From Eledone cirrhosa (lineage: Eukaryota): a DNA stretch of 64,000 nt. Position numbers and translations under genes: made by a program. Shown here in pieces: positions 13,201 through 26,034 of this stretch (its first letter is position 1; each line of letters begins with the position of its first letter). The stretch covers positions 300,390,001 through 300,454,000 of the forward strand of contig OZ024742.1 of NCBI GenBank assembly GCA_964016885.1. The letters are read 5' to 3'. The notes under the pieces were generated by a model. The model saw only the letters and a program-made list of their open reading frames with translations, was not told the origin of the DNA and ran no database searches.

Positions 13201-14611
13201 ATATATATATGTATATATATATGTATATATATATATGTATGCATATATATATTTATATATATATATGTGTGTATATATATATGTGTGTGTACGTGTGTGT
13301 TTATAAAATAATATACGAACATATTTTATCTATGCACACACACAAACATACATATGAAAGCCCAAACACTTTTTATGAAACAAATCTTGGTGTAACGATG
13401 GCATAACATATCAGTTTATAATTGTTATTAATTCTACGTTAGATATAATGTTCTCTTTCCCCGGTCTTGTGTGTGTCTGCGCGTGTGTGTGTGTGTATGT
13501 GTGTGTGTTTAAAAGAATGAGAGATACAGAGATATACGCAGGGGAAAATGATGAGATAGAGAAAAAGAGAAATTACCTTCTTGAAATTCCGTGGTAGAAA
13601 CCTCTCTGTAGATATAATGTGGGAAATGTGGGAATATCTAAGATGTTTTAATGAAAGACAACAATAAAAACTATCTAAATATGTAAAGAGTACTGTTTTT
13701 CTCAGTACACACCCAGTTCTTCCTTACTTTGTCCTTGTTATTTATTAATCATAAATTCAGGATCTGTAATTTTGCTATAGATTACAATTGGTGTTAAGTA
13801 GTTTTGCTCCACACCAAATGTTAAGAATCAACAACTAAGATACCAACCCATCTGGTATGTAATGTTCATGAGTGCTTTAGTAGGGATGGGCCGTAAAACA
13901 AATTGTACAATTAACTCATCTGGTATGTGATATTCTTGAATGTTTTGGTGTAGCATGGTCTTGTAGCAACTAGTAGAATCCTAGTGACCAATCTGTATGG
14001 TATGTACAGTTCCTGAGAGAAGTTTTGCAACACGTGCCTGCAAAGAGGGCGAAGGGTATCTACCTAAAATTTAAAGGAGTAGAGAAGATTTTTTCGGGGG
14101 AGGAGGGAAAGAAGACTCAGATATTCACGGACCCCCCCCCCCCACTCCTTGGGTCTTCTTGTCCCGGATTAACGTACCGTCTGAACTCCTTTCTTATAAG
14201 TACTGTGCATGTTATATTTCTGACTGTTTTAACGTGTTAGGGCTTGAAAGCAGAATTCTAGTAATCAACTCGTCGAGTACATAATGTTCGTGCTGGTTTT
14301 AGTGCTGTGTGGCATTGAAACAAGCAAGCGAACAACTCTATCATCTTCTTTCGGTTTTCGTTCAAAGTAATTTCATTTCTCTTACATCTTTACTCTACCT
14401 TAGGAGAGGTTTGAACGTTACGAGCAGTCATCACCCATCTCCCTACATTATTACATCATACCTTCATGTAATTGCTCTAAAAACGAAATTAATTATTTTA
14501 CTGCAAGAGTAACATATTTTATACAAGGGATAAGATTATTGTAAGTATAGAACATGATCGGGTTTTGATTCAAAGTTGATACAAAAATAACTTCAGTTCA
14601 CTTCATTTATA

Positions 14612-14791
14612 GTTGTTTCTAGTTTTGGCGCAAGGACAGCAATTATCCTAGCGTATTTCTGGTACTTTATTCTATCGATCCCGTAAGGATGAAAGGCAAA
14701 GTTAACCTCGGCGAGATTTGAACTCAGACCGTAAAGGGCCGTAACTCTATGCTGAAAATCATAGCGTCCGACCCTCTACCGATGCTGCCAA
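14612..14791 (-). mobile_element. tRNA-derived Nin-domain SINE with TSD
   Basis: Same family as 7336; flanked by TTCACTTCATTTATA direct repeat. Confidence 0.85.
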
Positions 14792-14974
14792 TTCACTTCA
14801 TTTATAATGCTGAATAGCAAGTAGTGTGAAAAATATATACTGTAAAGCAAACATTCGACTAAAATGCACTACATTCCTTTTATATATACACTCCTGCTAC
14901 TTTCGATGATTTCGTTATTAAATGAAGAAAGATGATGCAGGTAACCAGTGATTTAACCCAATTTAATGTGTTCC

Positions 14975-17225
14975 AGCCTCTTCGTGAAATTAATGTGCAG
15001 ACAGATATGTATGTATGTCTGTATGTGTTTGTGTAACACGTGCTGGTATGGATGTCATTGCATGTGTGACTCTGTATGTTTTGAGTTATATGTGTACACG
15101 TGCATGTTTCTGTATCTATACATGAGTATAGGCAGATATTACATGCTAACATTTTTGAAACGTTTTATCTACTTTTACAGTTCCATTAATGGGCTTGCAA
15201 CTTTCTAATTAGCCGTCCACGTTTTGGTTCTATGAAGCCCAGCTTCTCAATATTGTACTGAGGCAGTTAGTAACATATCCAATAATCACAGGTGCAAATC
15301 TAAAGGTATAGTCAGGGTGGAGTATCTGCAGATTCCTCATTCGTTCAGCATAAATATTCTCCTTTTCACTAATATTTAGCATTATATTGACACTTGCTGG
15401 GCAGCTAATCACCATTGCTGTGCATGTCTGTATCACTACAGTTGCTTATGATGTGGGTGACATCCTCGCTGTTCATTCCGTACAGCCTGCATCTGATGTC
15501 ACATCTAGGTGTTTTACCTGCATCTCTATCTCTCTTGTTATTTTCTGTGCTTGGATTGCAAAAGCATATCCTTCAAAGTGTGAACTAATATACTATATGC
15601 TTCAAGATAGTCTACTTTGTTTATCTATATTGCTCTCACTTTCTGACTTTCTGGCTGGCAACATAGCCATGAATGCTTTTTTGGTGATAAGCATGCAGCT
15701 TTTCATCCATGAATTCGTGAAGATATTATTGTCACAGTGATCCTGGAGGAACAGGTTCAGACAGGCTCTATACATTCTATACATTAGGTTATGTCATGCA
15801 ATAGGTCAGTCATTTTTTGCTAAATGGGTCTCTGTTTATGGAGACCAATCTTGTCTCTGCTAATGTCAACTGGTTTTGTATGTGTATCATCTTTCAGAGC
15901 TTGCTGGTAGAGATTGATAAGATACATCCGATAGAAAGTCAGGTTCTGTACCAGTAGCCGACAACCAAGTCTCTTCTTGGTGCTTTCTTATCTTGAAGTT
16001 TTCCCATTACAGCCTGAAGAGTATCATCATTGATGCTGTATGCTTTTGGTGTAATGCACGGGAAATAATTCGTCCAGCTCCCTTTCGACCACACTGCATT
16101 TTGGTTGAATTTATATTCCTCACCCCATATTTTTCTCCAGGAAGAACGTATGTCTTTCTGGGACGGAATTTCGGTGACATTTATTGATTTGCTCCTCATA
16201 CATCTATAGATTGATGAATCTTTTATCTATCATTTTCCTTTCAGCCACTCTCTTCTTATATCGGAGTTTCTCGCTGAAATCTCTCAGTTCTTGTTTGTGT
16301 GTGATCGATTTGTATTGAAGAGTTCTGCTTGTACTGTCTTCAAATATCGTTTCTATTTTATTTTTCACTCTTTGTTGGTGAGGGTGAATTTTTTGTTTTG
16401 GATTTTGTTTACATAGCCGATAGTTTTGTCACATAGCCGATAGTTTTTCGTAGGTCAGCGATTTCTTTTTCTACTTTTGAAATATATGATGGCATTTTTT
16501 ATGGTGTTTTGTTTCTATTAATATCTCTATTATCACCAAGATAATGCTTTACTGTCGTTGTCAGGGCATATAGAAAGATGTTAATTTGCCAAAATGATAT
16601 TCACCTCCGATTTCATCAATAGCACGCAGAATTTCTTTATTTGGTTTCTTGTTTAATTGTTTCCACTTTTGGCACAAGGCCATCAATTACCCACTACATT
16701 ACTGGTACTTTATTTTATCGACCCCGTAAGGATGAAAGGCAAAGTTAACCTCGGCGGGATTTGAACTCAGACCGTAAAGGGACGTAACTATGCTGGAAAG
16801 CATGGCGTCCGACCCTCTACCGATACTGCCAAGTCATTTTATGTCTCTTTTCAAGACTGAGATTTATATACAAATTAATCTCTCTTTGGAAAGTTTCACT
16901 GGGGGTGTATTTTAACTGATCTTTCTCTTAACTTTCCCAGCTAATGATAGACTTATTATCATTGGCAGTATTTTCATGTTCATGATGAACGTGACTGCGA
17001 GATATAGAAATCAAGGTAAAATCTGTTGTGATAGGTGGTGTCAAATATCTCACCGGTATGTCTGTTTCAGGAGACTGTTTATGCATTGCTGTTGTTTGTT
17101 GTTGATGGTCGGATATAGCAGCTTGTTGTGACACGTGTTGATTGCATGTTTAATCTAGGAGACTGTTCACTTAGTGTTGTTATTTGTAGAGGTGGGCGGT
17201 GGATTGGCTTCACTACTGTTTTCAA
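14975..17225 (-). mobile_element. Degraded, internally deleted R4/Dong-like (RLE) LINE
   Basis: Fragments EIPSQKDIRSSWRKIWG...KLQDKKAPRRDLVVGYWY (RT N-term) and [30 protein letters not shown] (RLE). The 3' UTR is shared with 21385-21680 and 55280-55842. Confidence 0.75.
16655..16832 (-). mobile_element. tRNA-derived Nin-domain SINE
   Basis: Same family; nested in the LINE remnant. Confidence 0.85.
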
Positions 17226-17556
17226 TAATTCTTATTTTTACGTTCGAGAAACATTGCTTGTTGGCGTAATTATTTGGCTGTAAAATAATTTAGCTCTGGA
17301 TGAAGTTCGTCTCTCTGTAGCTTTATTCTGTTCATATAGCCAACAGAAGAATTATTTTGCCATTTTTCAATAATTAAATAGATCGTTATTGAATTCGTAG
17401 CTCCAAGAGAAGCCCGATTTATAGTTTCGCTTCCTTTTGTAACTACAACTAAAAGGTTTCTGTTTACCTTTCTTGTGGTTCTCTTCTTCGATTCTTCGCC
17501 TATGTGGTCGATATTATTTATAGCAAATTTTTGTAAAGTGTGTTCAATTTTTAGAC

Positions 17557-17616
17557 GGATATCCTTACGATTTCGAATGAAAGGTGCCTTCAATAAATAT
17601 CATCAGAAGAATATCC
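17557..17616 (-). ncRNA. Hammerhead-like motif
   Basis: GGAUAUUCU-U-CUGAUGA-...UGAAGG-ca-CCUUUCA...-GAAAUC-GUA^AGGAUAUCC; 9-bp stem I, irregular base of stem II. Confidence 0.55.
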
Positions 17617-17729
17617 AGTTATTTAATAAGGCTGGTAGTTGTGGCATTTCATCTTAAATTTAATTAATAATCTCCCACTACATATGTGCGACTACTTGCA
17701 TCGAAGGTTAAACACTATGTATGTATGTA

Positions 17730-18172
17730 TGTTATCTCTTAATTTCGAATATATTTTTTTGACCGGCCACCTTCCTGGTGGCAAGGTTGTAAAAGAAAAG
17801 AAATTGTCATCCCTTGAATCGCAAGAATGTTTTGCAAATTTTGAAGGTGCCAGCTATCGCAGCCATTTGTAGACTATGAATTAGGGAGCTGCGCTTTTTG
17901 TCCGTAAATCCAAGTTCAGTCATACTTTGGTCCAAGCGGGTTGGTATATAACCCGTAGCTCCAATAATGATGGGTATGAAGCTAAAGGTTTTTATTTGGA
18001 TACTGAATTTGTAAACTCCACATCAATGGTCCGTAGATATCCTCCTTCTCCTGTATTTTTCTGACAACGTTTACATCAAGTGGGCAGCTGATCTCCACAA
18101 CAGAACACGTTTTCAATGTGTGGTCCCAAACAACATATCAGGCCGGTTGTGCTTTAATTTGGTGGCAGTTTT
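17730..18172 (-). mobile_element. RLE-domain 3' fragment of R4/Dong-like LINE
   Basis: KLKHNRPD..VVWDHTLKTCSVVEISCPLDVNVVRKIQEKEDIYGPL...FIPIIIGATGYIP (with frameshifts). Confidence 0.78.
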
Positions 18173-18212
18173 TATGTATGTATGTATGTATGTATGTATG
18201 TATGTATGTATG

Positions 18213-20843
18213 AATCTAATCACCAAACGTAAAATCCGGGCTCCTGGTGTTGCCCTGCCCAAAAGATTGAATGCTGCTCGTCTTAAGGATAAAAATGTGA
18301 AGAGGACATTGGAAGAAGAGATGCAGGCTGCAGATCTTGGTGAGGATTGGCCGACCCTTAAAAAGTCGGTTTATGATGTAGGCAGACGTGTTCTGGGATT
18401 GGTGCAGAGAAAACATCAGGACTGGTTTGATGAGAAGGATGTGCATATAGATGACTTGTTGGCTGATAAGAGGCGCGCTCTGTCACGCTACTTGACGGCA
18501 AGACCACAGGAGAGGAATACGTTGCATGAGGAGCTCAGGGATGTAAAATCACGTGTTAGGCGGAGTCTTTCTCAGATGAAGGATCAGTGGTGGAGTGAGA
18601 AGGCTGGTGAGATACAAACTGCGTCTGATTGCAATAACACAAAGCTGTTGTACAGTCTCTTGCGTGAGGTTTATGGACCGTCTTCTTCTCTGGTGACACC
18701 GATTCGCAGCAAGGATGGCAAAGAACTTCTTCGTGACTCACAGGGAATTCTACGAAGGTGGCGAGAGCACTTTGATGATCTTTTGAATCAGCCGTCTGTC
18801 GTCAGTGAAGATTTCCTCAATCTCATTCCGGAAAGTCCTGTGAAAGTAGCTCTCGCAGAACCTCCGACACTTGTGGAGGTTGCAGTGGCTATTTCGAAGC
18901 TGAACAGTGGAAGATCTCCAGGTATGGATGGCATACATGCTGAGCTCCTACAATATGGTGGTGAGAGACTCCTGCAACATCTTCACTCTCTGTTTGGAAG
19001 GATATGGGCTAATGAATCCGTGCCTGAGGACTGGAGAGATGCAGTAATGGTTGTCTTGTACAAGGGAAAGGGTAACAGGAATGATTGTGGGAACTACAGA
19101 GGTATATCATTGCTTTCTGTCGTGGGGAAAGTTTTATGTAGGGTGCTTCTGGACCGTCTGCTGACACACATTGCAGATTGTGTCCTTCCTGAAAGTCAAT
19201 CTGGTTTTCGTGTTGGACGCGGCACTACTGATATGATCTTCTCAGCTAGACAGCTCCAGGAGAAGTGCATTGAACAGGGCTTGGATCTGTATCAGGTTTT
19301 TGTCGATCTGACAAAGGCTTTCGATACTGTCAACAGAGATGCATTATGGAAGGTTCTCCAGAAACTTGGTTGCCCTGATAAGTTCCTTGCTTTAGTTAGG
19401 TCTTTCCATGACGACATGAAGGCTTGGGTTAGTGTCGGAGGTAACATGTCGGAGCCTATCTCAGTAAAAAATGGAGTGAAACAGGGGGATATTCCAGCAC
19501 CGACCCTGTTTGCCATATACTTTGCAATGGTTTTCTGTATTGCATTCAGGAATTGCGAGCATGGTGTTTACATCCGATATCGAACCTCAGGCAGCATATT
19601 TAACATCAGGCGCTTTGCTGCGAAGACAAAAGTATTTACATCAGTCATAAGAGACCTCTTGTATGCAGATGATTGCGATCTTGTAGCGCACACAGAGAGT
19701 GATATGCAGCACATTTTGAATGTATTTTCTGACGCTTGCACTGCCCTGGGTTTGACTGTCAGTCTCAAGAAAACCGTCGTCATGTACCAACCTGCACCTG
19801 GTAGGCAGTACACTGAACCAAACATCTATGTGTATGGCAAACGACTTGGAGTGGTTGATCAGTTTGTCTACCTGGGAAGCACTGTCAATCGATACGGCAA
19901 CCTTGACAGTGAGATCTCACTTAGGATTAGGAAAGCAAGTGATGCTTTCGGAAAGCTAGAAAGGCGACTCTGGGGTCGGCGAGACATATGCAGGAGGACA
20001 AAGGTAAAGGTGTACAGGGCATGTGTACTCTCTTGTCTTCTTTATGCCTGCGAGACCTGGGTCACATATCGACGCCACCTTAAGCAATTGGAGCGTTTCC
20101 ATCAGATGTGTCTCAGACGGATACATGGCGTTCGCTGGAGGGACCACATCAGTGATGTCGAGATTTTGGAAAGCTCTATGTGTGACAGTATAGAAGCTCT
20201 TGTGCTTAAGCAGCGACTCCGTTGGAGTGGTCACCTTGCCAGGATGAAGGATTCTAGAATACCAAAACAACTCTTCTATGGAGAGTTGGTTAAAGGAAAA
20301 CGACCGCCACATAAACCAAAAAAGAGGTATAAGGATTCCTTGAAGGCCTCTCTGAAAGACGCTAACATCTCTGCTGATACATGGGAAAATATTGCTGCTG
20401 ATCGTAATAAATGGAGAAAGACTGTATATGAGGGAAAAGTTGCCTTTGAGGCATCTCGAATCGCACACGAGAAAGTAAAGCGGGACGTGAGGAAGGGTAT
20501 TGCTGTTGCACTTCCAGACGGCGAGGGTCCTCCTATGTTTCTGACATGCAGCGTCTGTGCGAGACTCTGCCTAAGCAAAGCTGGACTCGAAAGTCATCTT
20601 CGCAGTCATAAAGTAAGACCAGTGGTTGACTACCAGGCTGCTGTTGGAGATGCTACTCATCATGCTTGCCAAACATGTGGTAGAGAATGTAAATCAGCAG
20701 GAGGACTCAAGCGACATGCAAAAGTACACGAACTCCAACCACAGCCGACTATTCCCAGTAAATGTTTTGGTTGCCGACTCTGTGCAAGACATTTTAGATC
20801 ATTGGCTGGGCTAAAAAGCCACATTCGATCGCAGCACTGTTAG
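18213..20843 (+). CDS. RTE LINE ORF (reverse transcriptase + 3 C2H2 fingers; APE domain lost by truncation)
   Basis: NYRGISLLS, ESQSGFR, FVDLTKAFD, GVKQG, LLYADD, YLGS, RLRWSGH motifs. The first ~31 aa of the track ORF are read-through of flank and microsatellite. Confidence 0.93.
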   Translation, partial: NLITKRKIRAPGVALPKRLNAARLKDKNVKRTLEEEMQAADLGEDWPTLKKSVYDVGRRVLGLVQRKHQDWFDEKDVHIDDLLADKRRALSRYLTARPQERNTLHEELRDVKSRVRRSLSQMKDQWWSEKAGEIQTASDCNNTKLLYSLLREVYGPSSSLVTPIRSKDGKELLRDSQGILRRWREHFDDLLNQPSVVSEDFLNLIPESPVKVALAEPPTLVEVAVAISKLNSGRSPGMDGIHAELLQYGGERLLQHLHSLFGRIWANESVPEDWRDAVMVVLYKGKGNRNDCGNYRGISLLSVVGKVLCRVLLDRLLTHIADCVLPESQSGFRVGRGTTDMIFSARQLQEKCIEQGLDLYQVFVDLTKAFDTVNRDALWKVLQKLGCPDKFLALVRSFHDDMKAWVSVGGNMSEPISVKNGVKQGDIPAPTLFAIYFAMVFCIAFRNCEHGVYIRYRTSGSIFNIRRFAAKTKVFTSVIRDLLYADDCDLVAHTESDMQHILNVFSDACTALGLTVSLKKTVVMYQPAPGRQYTEPNIYVYGKRLGVVDQFVYLGSTVNRYGNLDSEISLRIRKASDAFGKLERRLWGRRDICRRTKVKVYRACVLSCLLYACETWVTYRRHLKQLERFHQMCLRRIHGVRWRDHISDVEILESSMCDSIEALVLKQRLRWSGHLARMKDSRIPKQLFYGELVKGKRPPHKPKKRYKDSLKASLKDANISADTWENIAADRNKWRKTVYEGKVAFEASRIAHEKVKRDVRKGIAVALPDGEGPPMFLTCSVCARLCLSKAGLESHLRSHKVRPVVDYQAAVGDATHHACQTCGRECKSAGGLKRHAKVHELQPQPTIPSKCFGCRLCARHFRSLAGLKSHIRSQHC

Positions 20844-20851
20844 TTGCTATC

Positions 20852-20889
<38 letters not shown>

Positions 20890-20968
20890 GCTTATGTGCG
20901 TGCGTGTGTGTGTATATATATATGAATATGTATATTATTATTGTTGTTGTCGTTATTATTATTATTGC

Positions 20969-21005
<37 letters not shown>

Positions 21006-21125
21006 GTTATTAATGTATGTGTGTATATATGTGTGAGTGTATGTGTATGTATGTGTGTGTGTATATATGTATGTATGTGTATGTATGTGTGTGTATATAT
21101 ATGTGTATATATATATGTATGTATA

Positions 21126-21156
<31 letters not shown>

Positions 21157-21162
21157 CTTTTC

Positions 21163-21239
<77 letters not shown>

Positions 21240-21245
21240 TTTTTA

Positions 21246-21276
<31 letters not shown>

Positions 21277-21330
21277 TTTTTTTTATTGTGCAATGGCCAT
21301 ACTCGATAACGAGGGGGCAGCCATCATCAT
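18213..21330 (+). mobile_element. 5'-truncated RTE-clade LINE inserted in (TATG)n
   Basis: RT ORF, microsatellite-rich 3' UTR, terminal TGGCCATACTCGATAACGAGGGGGCAGCC hairpin, (TATG)n on both sides. Confidence 0.93.
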
Positions 21331-21384
21331 GTATGTATGTATGTATGTATGTATGTATGTATGTATGTATGTATGTATGTATGT

Positions 21385-21680
21385 ATGTTCTTCTGGTTTT
21401 ATAATTTCACAAATTTTTGCCAATAGAGAGAGTCAGTTTCTAACATAGACACAAGACTCTCTCATTGGAATTTACACAACATCAACTAGGTAGATATGTC
21501 TGCATGTCTGCACGCATATGCGTGCAGGTATGGATGTTATTGTATGTGTGGATCTGTATGTTTTGAGTTGTATGTATGCATGTGTTTATGTTTTGTATCT
21601 GTAAATGTGTATATGCATTTATCAGATGCAGAATTTTTGGAATGTTTTACATATCTTTATTGTTCCATATATATCCTTGG
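21385..21680 (-). mobile_element. 3' UTR fragment of R4/Dong-like LINE
   Basis: Homologous to 55405-55670 and 15000-15185. Confidence 0.7.
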
Positions 21681-21689
21681 ATAACTTGA

Positions 21690-21940
21690 ACCGTTAAGGT
21701 ATATTCTCCTTGGTTATGTCAAAATTTATAAAACACACTTTGTATTTTATCTGATGATAGCGTACCAAAATTGTTGGTACCCTTGAAATATATATAATAG
21801 AATAAATATGGTTTTATAAATATAGTTTCCATTTATTTAATATCATTGTGTATTATAGTCCAGAAAACTTGTTAAGTGCTCTGAATCAGTTATAAACATT
21901 TATATTTGTTGAAATACCAACAAATTGAATATCCCATCTG
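21690..21940 (+). mobile_element. PLE-type 3' end with HHR-like motif (21743-21803)
   Basis: CUGAUGA-UAG-C-GUACCA-loop-UGGUAC-C-CUU-GAAAUAUAUA. The tail is homologous to 13060-13200 and ends in (TA)n. Confidence 0.7.
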
Positions 21941-22000
<60 letters not shown>

Positions 22001-22169
22001 CGCGCGTTTGCATGATCATGTATGATGTATGAATGGAGCGGGGGAACGGGGTAATAGCAGACGATATTCTGAAGTATGATAATTATGAAGATAGACTGCG
22101 GAAATAGAGATTTAACGAAGATATGTTGAATAACTTTTAGGATGCGAGCGATAAAGAGAAAGAGAAAGT

Positions 22170-22205
<36 letters not shown>

Positions 22206-22511
22206 GAGAGAGAGTGAGGGGAGTTCGGAGAGATGAGAAGGAATTCAAGTGTAGTACGTAAGTAATTATATAGTTTTGGAGGAATATATTAAATATGTAT
22301 ATTGAGAGAGGAACATTCATCTTCACTGACACTTCTATATATATATATATATATATATAAATATACATACATATATTTATATATATACATACATATATAT
22401 ATATACATAAATATATATATATACATACATACATATATATATATATATACATAAATATATATATATACATACATATATATATATACATACATATATATCT
22501 TTATATATCTC

Positions 22512-22580
<69 letters not shown>

Positions 22581-22586
<6 letters not shown>

Positions 22587-23412
22587 ATTATAAATCATGT
22601 CTACAGAATTATTAGATAAACAAAATATATACTCCATTTCCTCAACCAAACAGCACAATCAACCATATATTGCTCTGAGTATTTAATTTATTAATTCTTC
22701 ATAGAGCTAAAAAGTGACCGGTTGTAACATATATAAATTTATGTATATGTAAACCTTTATATTTAATAATCTCCCGTAAGGTTGAGATTAAATTTGGCGA
22801 TATTTGGCTGCGCTTTCGAGCGACAGGCCTACACGCCGTCAACAGCCAATCACATTCTTTCCAACTTGACCACGGCCATAGTGTGATTCTTAGCCATTTT
22901 TGAATCCAATTTTGGTGCGATCGGCTTGGAATACTAAGTGTCTATTTTTGAGTTTATCTCCTGATGATTCCGAACACAATGGATTTCCTATTAATATGAT
23001 ATCTATAAATACGGATGAAACCATGGTAGGGATATAGTTACTGTATGTACACAGTTCTTCTATGTTTGATTTTACACCGAATTGCATATGGTTAATTATG
23101 TACTTGGTCGATTTATGCATGCTGTCGAAATGTTGGATAAATAACCTGCTGTGGATACCGCGAAGAAGCCACTCTCGTTTATTTGTCGGAGATTTCTTCA
23201 TAGGAGCTTTTATCCTTATGGCTTAGTATAATTGATTTTTTATATGGTTGATTGTGCTGTTTGGCAGAGGAAATGGATTATATATTTTGCTTATCTAATA
23301 ATTCTGTAGACATGATTTATAATAATATATTGCTCTAAGTATTTAATTTATTAATTCTTCATAGAGCTAAAAAGTGACCGGTTGTAACATATATAAATTT
23401 ATGTATATGTAA

Positions 23413-23417
<5 letters not shown>
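22581..23417 (+). mobile_element. HHR-bearing element with ~90-bp direct repeats (period 660) and inverted 5' segment
   Basis: 22669-22757 = 23329-23417; 22581-22669 is the reverse complement of 23241-23328; (TA)n flanks. Confidence 0.8.
22955..23034 (+). ncRNA. Type I hammerhead ribozyme with ~39-nt loop II
   Basis: UAUCUC-CUGAUGA-U-UCCG-(39 nt)-CGGA-U-GAAACC-AU-GGUA^GGGAUA; palindromic ACCAUGGU. Confidence 0.8.
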
Positions 23418-23494
<77 letters not shown>

Positions 23495-23535
23495 TTTATA
23501 TATATACATACATATATATAAACATACATTTCTAT

Positions 23536-24027
23536 ATGGTGGCTGCCAACTCGTTTTCGAGTACGGCCACTACTTTATATCCATGTAGGAGAACCCCTAC
23601 CGATGCGCTGAACGAGTGTGACTTTTTAGTTCAGCCAGCGACTTGAAAACTCTGGTACAAACACTACACTTGTGACAATTATTGACACATAGTGCTGGGC
23701 CCATGGTACCATGTGATGACAAGTGCAGAGATCTCCAGATATAAAGCAATGCCTGTGCCGTGAAGCTTTTATAGTGAGCAACGGCACTGCACAAAGCCAG
23801 TCCCACTCTTTTAACCAAGATGATATTTACCAAAAAGAAGAACAAGTCAACATCATTGGATACCATCAGGGTTGCAGGTGTTATATCAGAGTTTTCCTTC
23901 TCCTAGAATTCTGCCTTGACAAAGGCTAAGGGGTCATCTCTCCCGGTGATTTTGGATGGCCATTGACTCTTAAGAGCTCCTTTGCCCTTTGACAGGTTTT
24001 GTTTTTAGTCCTACAGGATGTCCAAAG
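23536..24027 (-). mobile_element. Non-autonomous RTE derivative (5' truncated copy)
   Basis: Family with seven near-identical copies in the window. Confidence 0.9.
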
Positions 24028-24612
24028 CAATGTTTAGGCAAATTACAGAGGCAGTAAGCATAAAAGAATTAAAACCAAAATTAAATAGAAAATATGAGTG
24101 GAACAGCAACATCACAACTTACAATTAAGGACAAAATGAAAACACACACACACATAAAACAAACAACTTACAATTGAAAACACACACAAAATGAAAACAC
24201 ACACAAGACAAAATGAAAACACACGCACACATAGAACAAACAACCAACCAACAATAAATAAATAAATAAACAAACAAATAGAAAAATAGAAAAATGAACA
24301 CAAACACACACAGACACCCGGATGTGGCGCATGCGCAAACTGAGCACGCAACCCACACACAAACAAAATGGCGTAGGATAGAAGAAAGGAAAGGCACAGA
24401 AACGAAGAAAGAAATCCCCAGTCACTGAAGAGGTCACAGAGTGTGTGACGAAAGAACTATGACTATATATATATAAACAACTATCTGGTTGTGGAACCAA
24501 CCAACCAACCAGAAATTTATAAATTTGTAAATTTATAATAAATTAAATTGAAGTGAAAGCAACTGGTGCGTGTGTTTCTTATTGGCAACATGACCCTCCC
24601 TAAGTATAACAA
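24027..24612 (+). mobile_element. PLE 3' fragment (GIY-YIG tail + HHR)
   Basis: 24027-24128 reads AMFRQITEAVSIKELKPKLNRKYEWNS (RxIxEAxxI...PxLN motif); HHR at 24420. Confidence 0.8.
24420..24464 (+). ncRNA. Type I hammerhead ribozyme
   Basis: AGUCA-CUGAAGA-G-GUCACA-gagug-UGUGAC-GAAAG-aa-CUA^UGACU. Confidence 0.85.
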
Positions 24613-24623
24613 TATATATATAC

Positions 24624-24672
<49 letters not shown>

Positions 24673-24677
24673 TATAC

Positions 24678-24768
<91 letters not shown>

Positions 24769-24777
24769 CATATATAC

Positions 24778-24812
<35 letters not shown>

Positions 24813-25207
24813 CATATATACATATACATATATACATATATACGTATATATATATACATATATACATATATACATATATACATACATATATACATATATA
24901 CATATATATATATACATATATACATATACATATATACATATATACATATATACATACATATATACATATATACATATATACATATATACATATATACATA
25001 TATATATATATACATATATATACATATATACATATATACATATATATACATATACATATATACATATATATATATACATATATACATATATATATATATA
25101 CATATATACATATATATATATATACATATATATACATATATACATATATATACATATACATATATACATATATATATATACATATATACATATATATATA
25201 TATACAT
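24613..25207. repeat. (TA)n/(TACA) microsatellite array
   Basis: Direct reading. Confidence 0.98.
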
Positions 25208-25820
25208 ATGGTGGCTGCCAACTCGTTTTCAAGTACGGCCACTACTTTATATGTAGGAGAACCCCTACCGATGTGCTGAACGAGTGTGAATTTTTAGTCC
25301 AGCCAGCGACTTGAAAACTCTGGTAGGTACAAACGCTACACTTGTGACAATTATTGACACATAGTGCTGGGCCGATGGTACCATGTGATGACAAGTGCAG
25401 AGAGATCTCCAGATATAAAGCAATGCCTGTGCCGTGAAGCTTTTATAGTGAGCAAAGGCACTGCACAAAGCCAGTCCCACTCTCTTAACCAAGATGATAT
25501 TTACCAAAAAGAAGAACAAGTCAACATCATTGGATACCATCAGGGTTGCAGGTGTTATATCAGAGTTTTCCTTCTCCTAGAATTCTGCCTTGACAAAGGC
25601 TAAGGGGTCATCTCTCCCAGTGATTTTGGATGGCCAGTGACTCTTAAGAGCTCCTTTGCCCTTTGACAGGTTTTGTTTTTAGTCCTGCAGGATGTCCAAA
25701 GTCACCCTCCTCACCAAGAAACCTTGGTGGGGTTGCCAGTTTAGTCGCCAACGACCTGACCATGAGACTGGTTGTACTGGGATACATGTTACCAGTAGCA
25801 CCAACTGGTGACCTGACATA
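25208..25820 (-). mobile_element. Non-autonomous RTE derivative (full ~610 bp)
   Basis: Family copy. Confidence 0.9.
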
Positions 25821-25949
25821 ACATATATATATATACACATATACACACACATACATACATACATACATACATACATACATACATACATACATACATACAT
25901 ACATACATACACATATATATATATACATATACATACATATATAAACATA

Positions 25950-25981
<32 letters not shown>

Positions 25982-26002
25982 CATATAAACATATATACAT
26001 AC

Positions 26003-26032
<30 letters not shown>

Positions 26033-26034
<2 letters not shown>

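Noticed and set aside
18120-18212. N-terminus of the 907-aa ORF
   Set aside because: Read-through from the antisense RLE fragment and a (TATG)n run. The RTE is 5'-truncated and has no APE domain.
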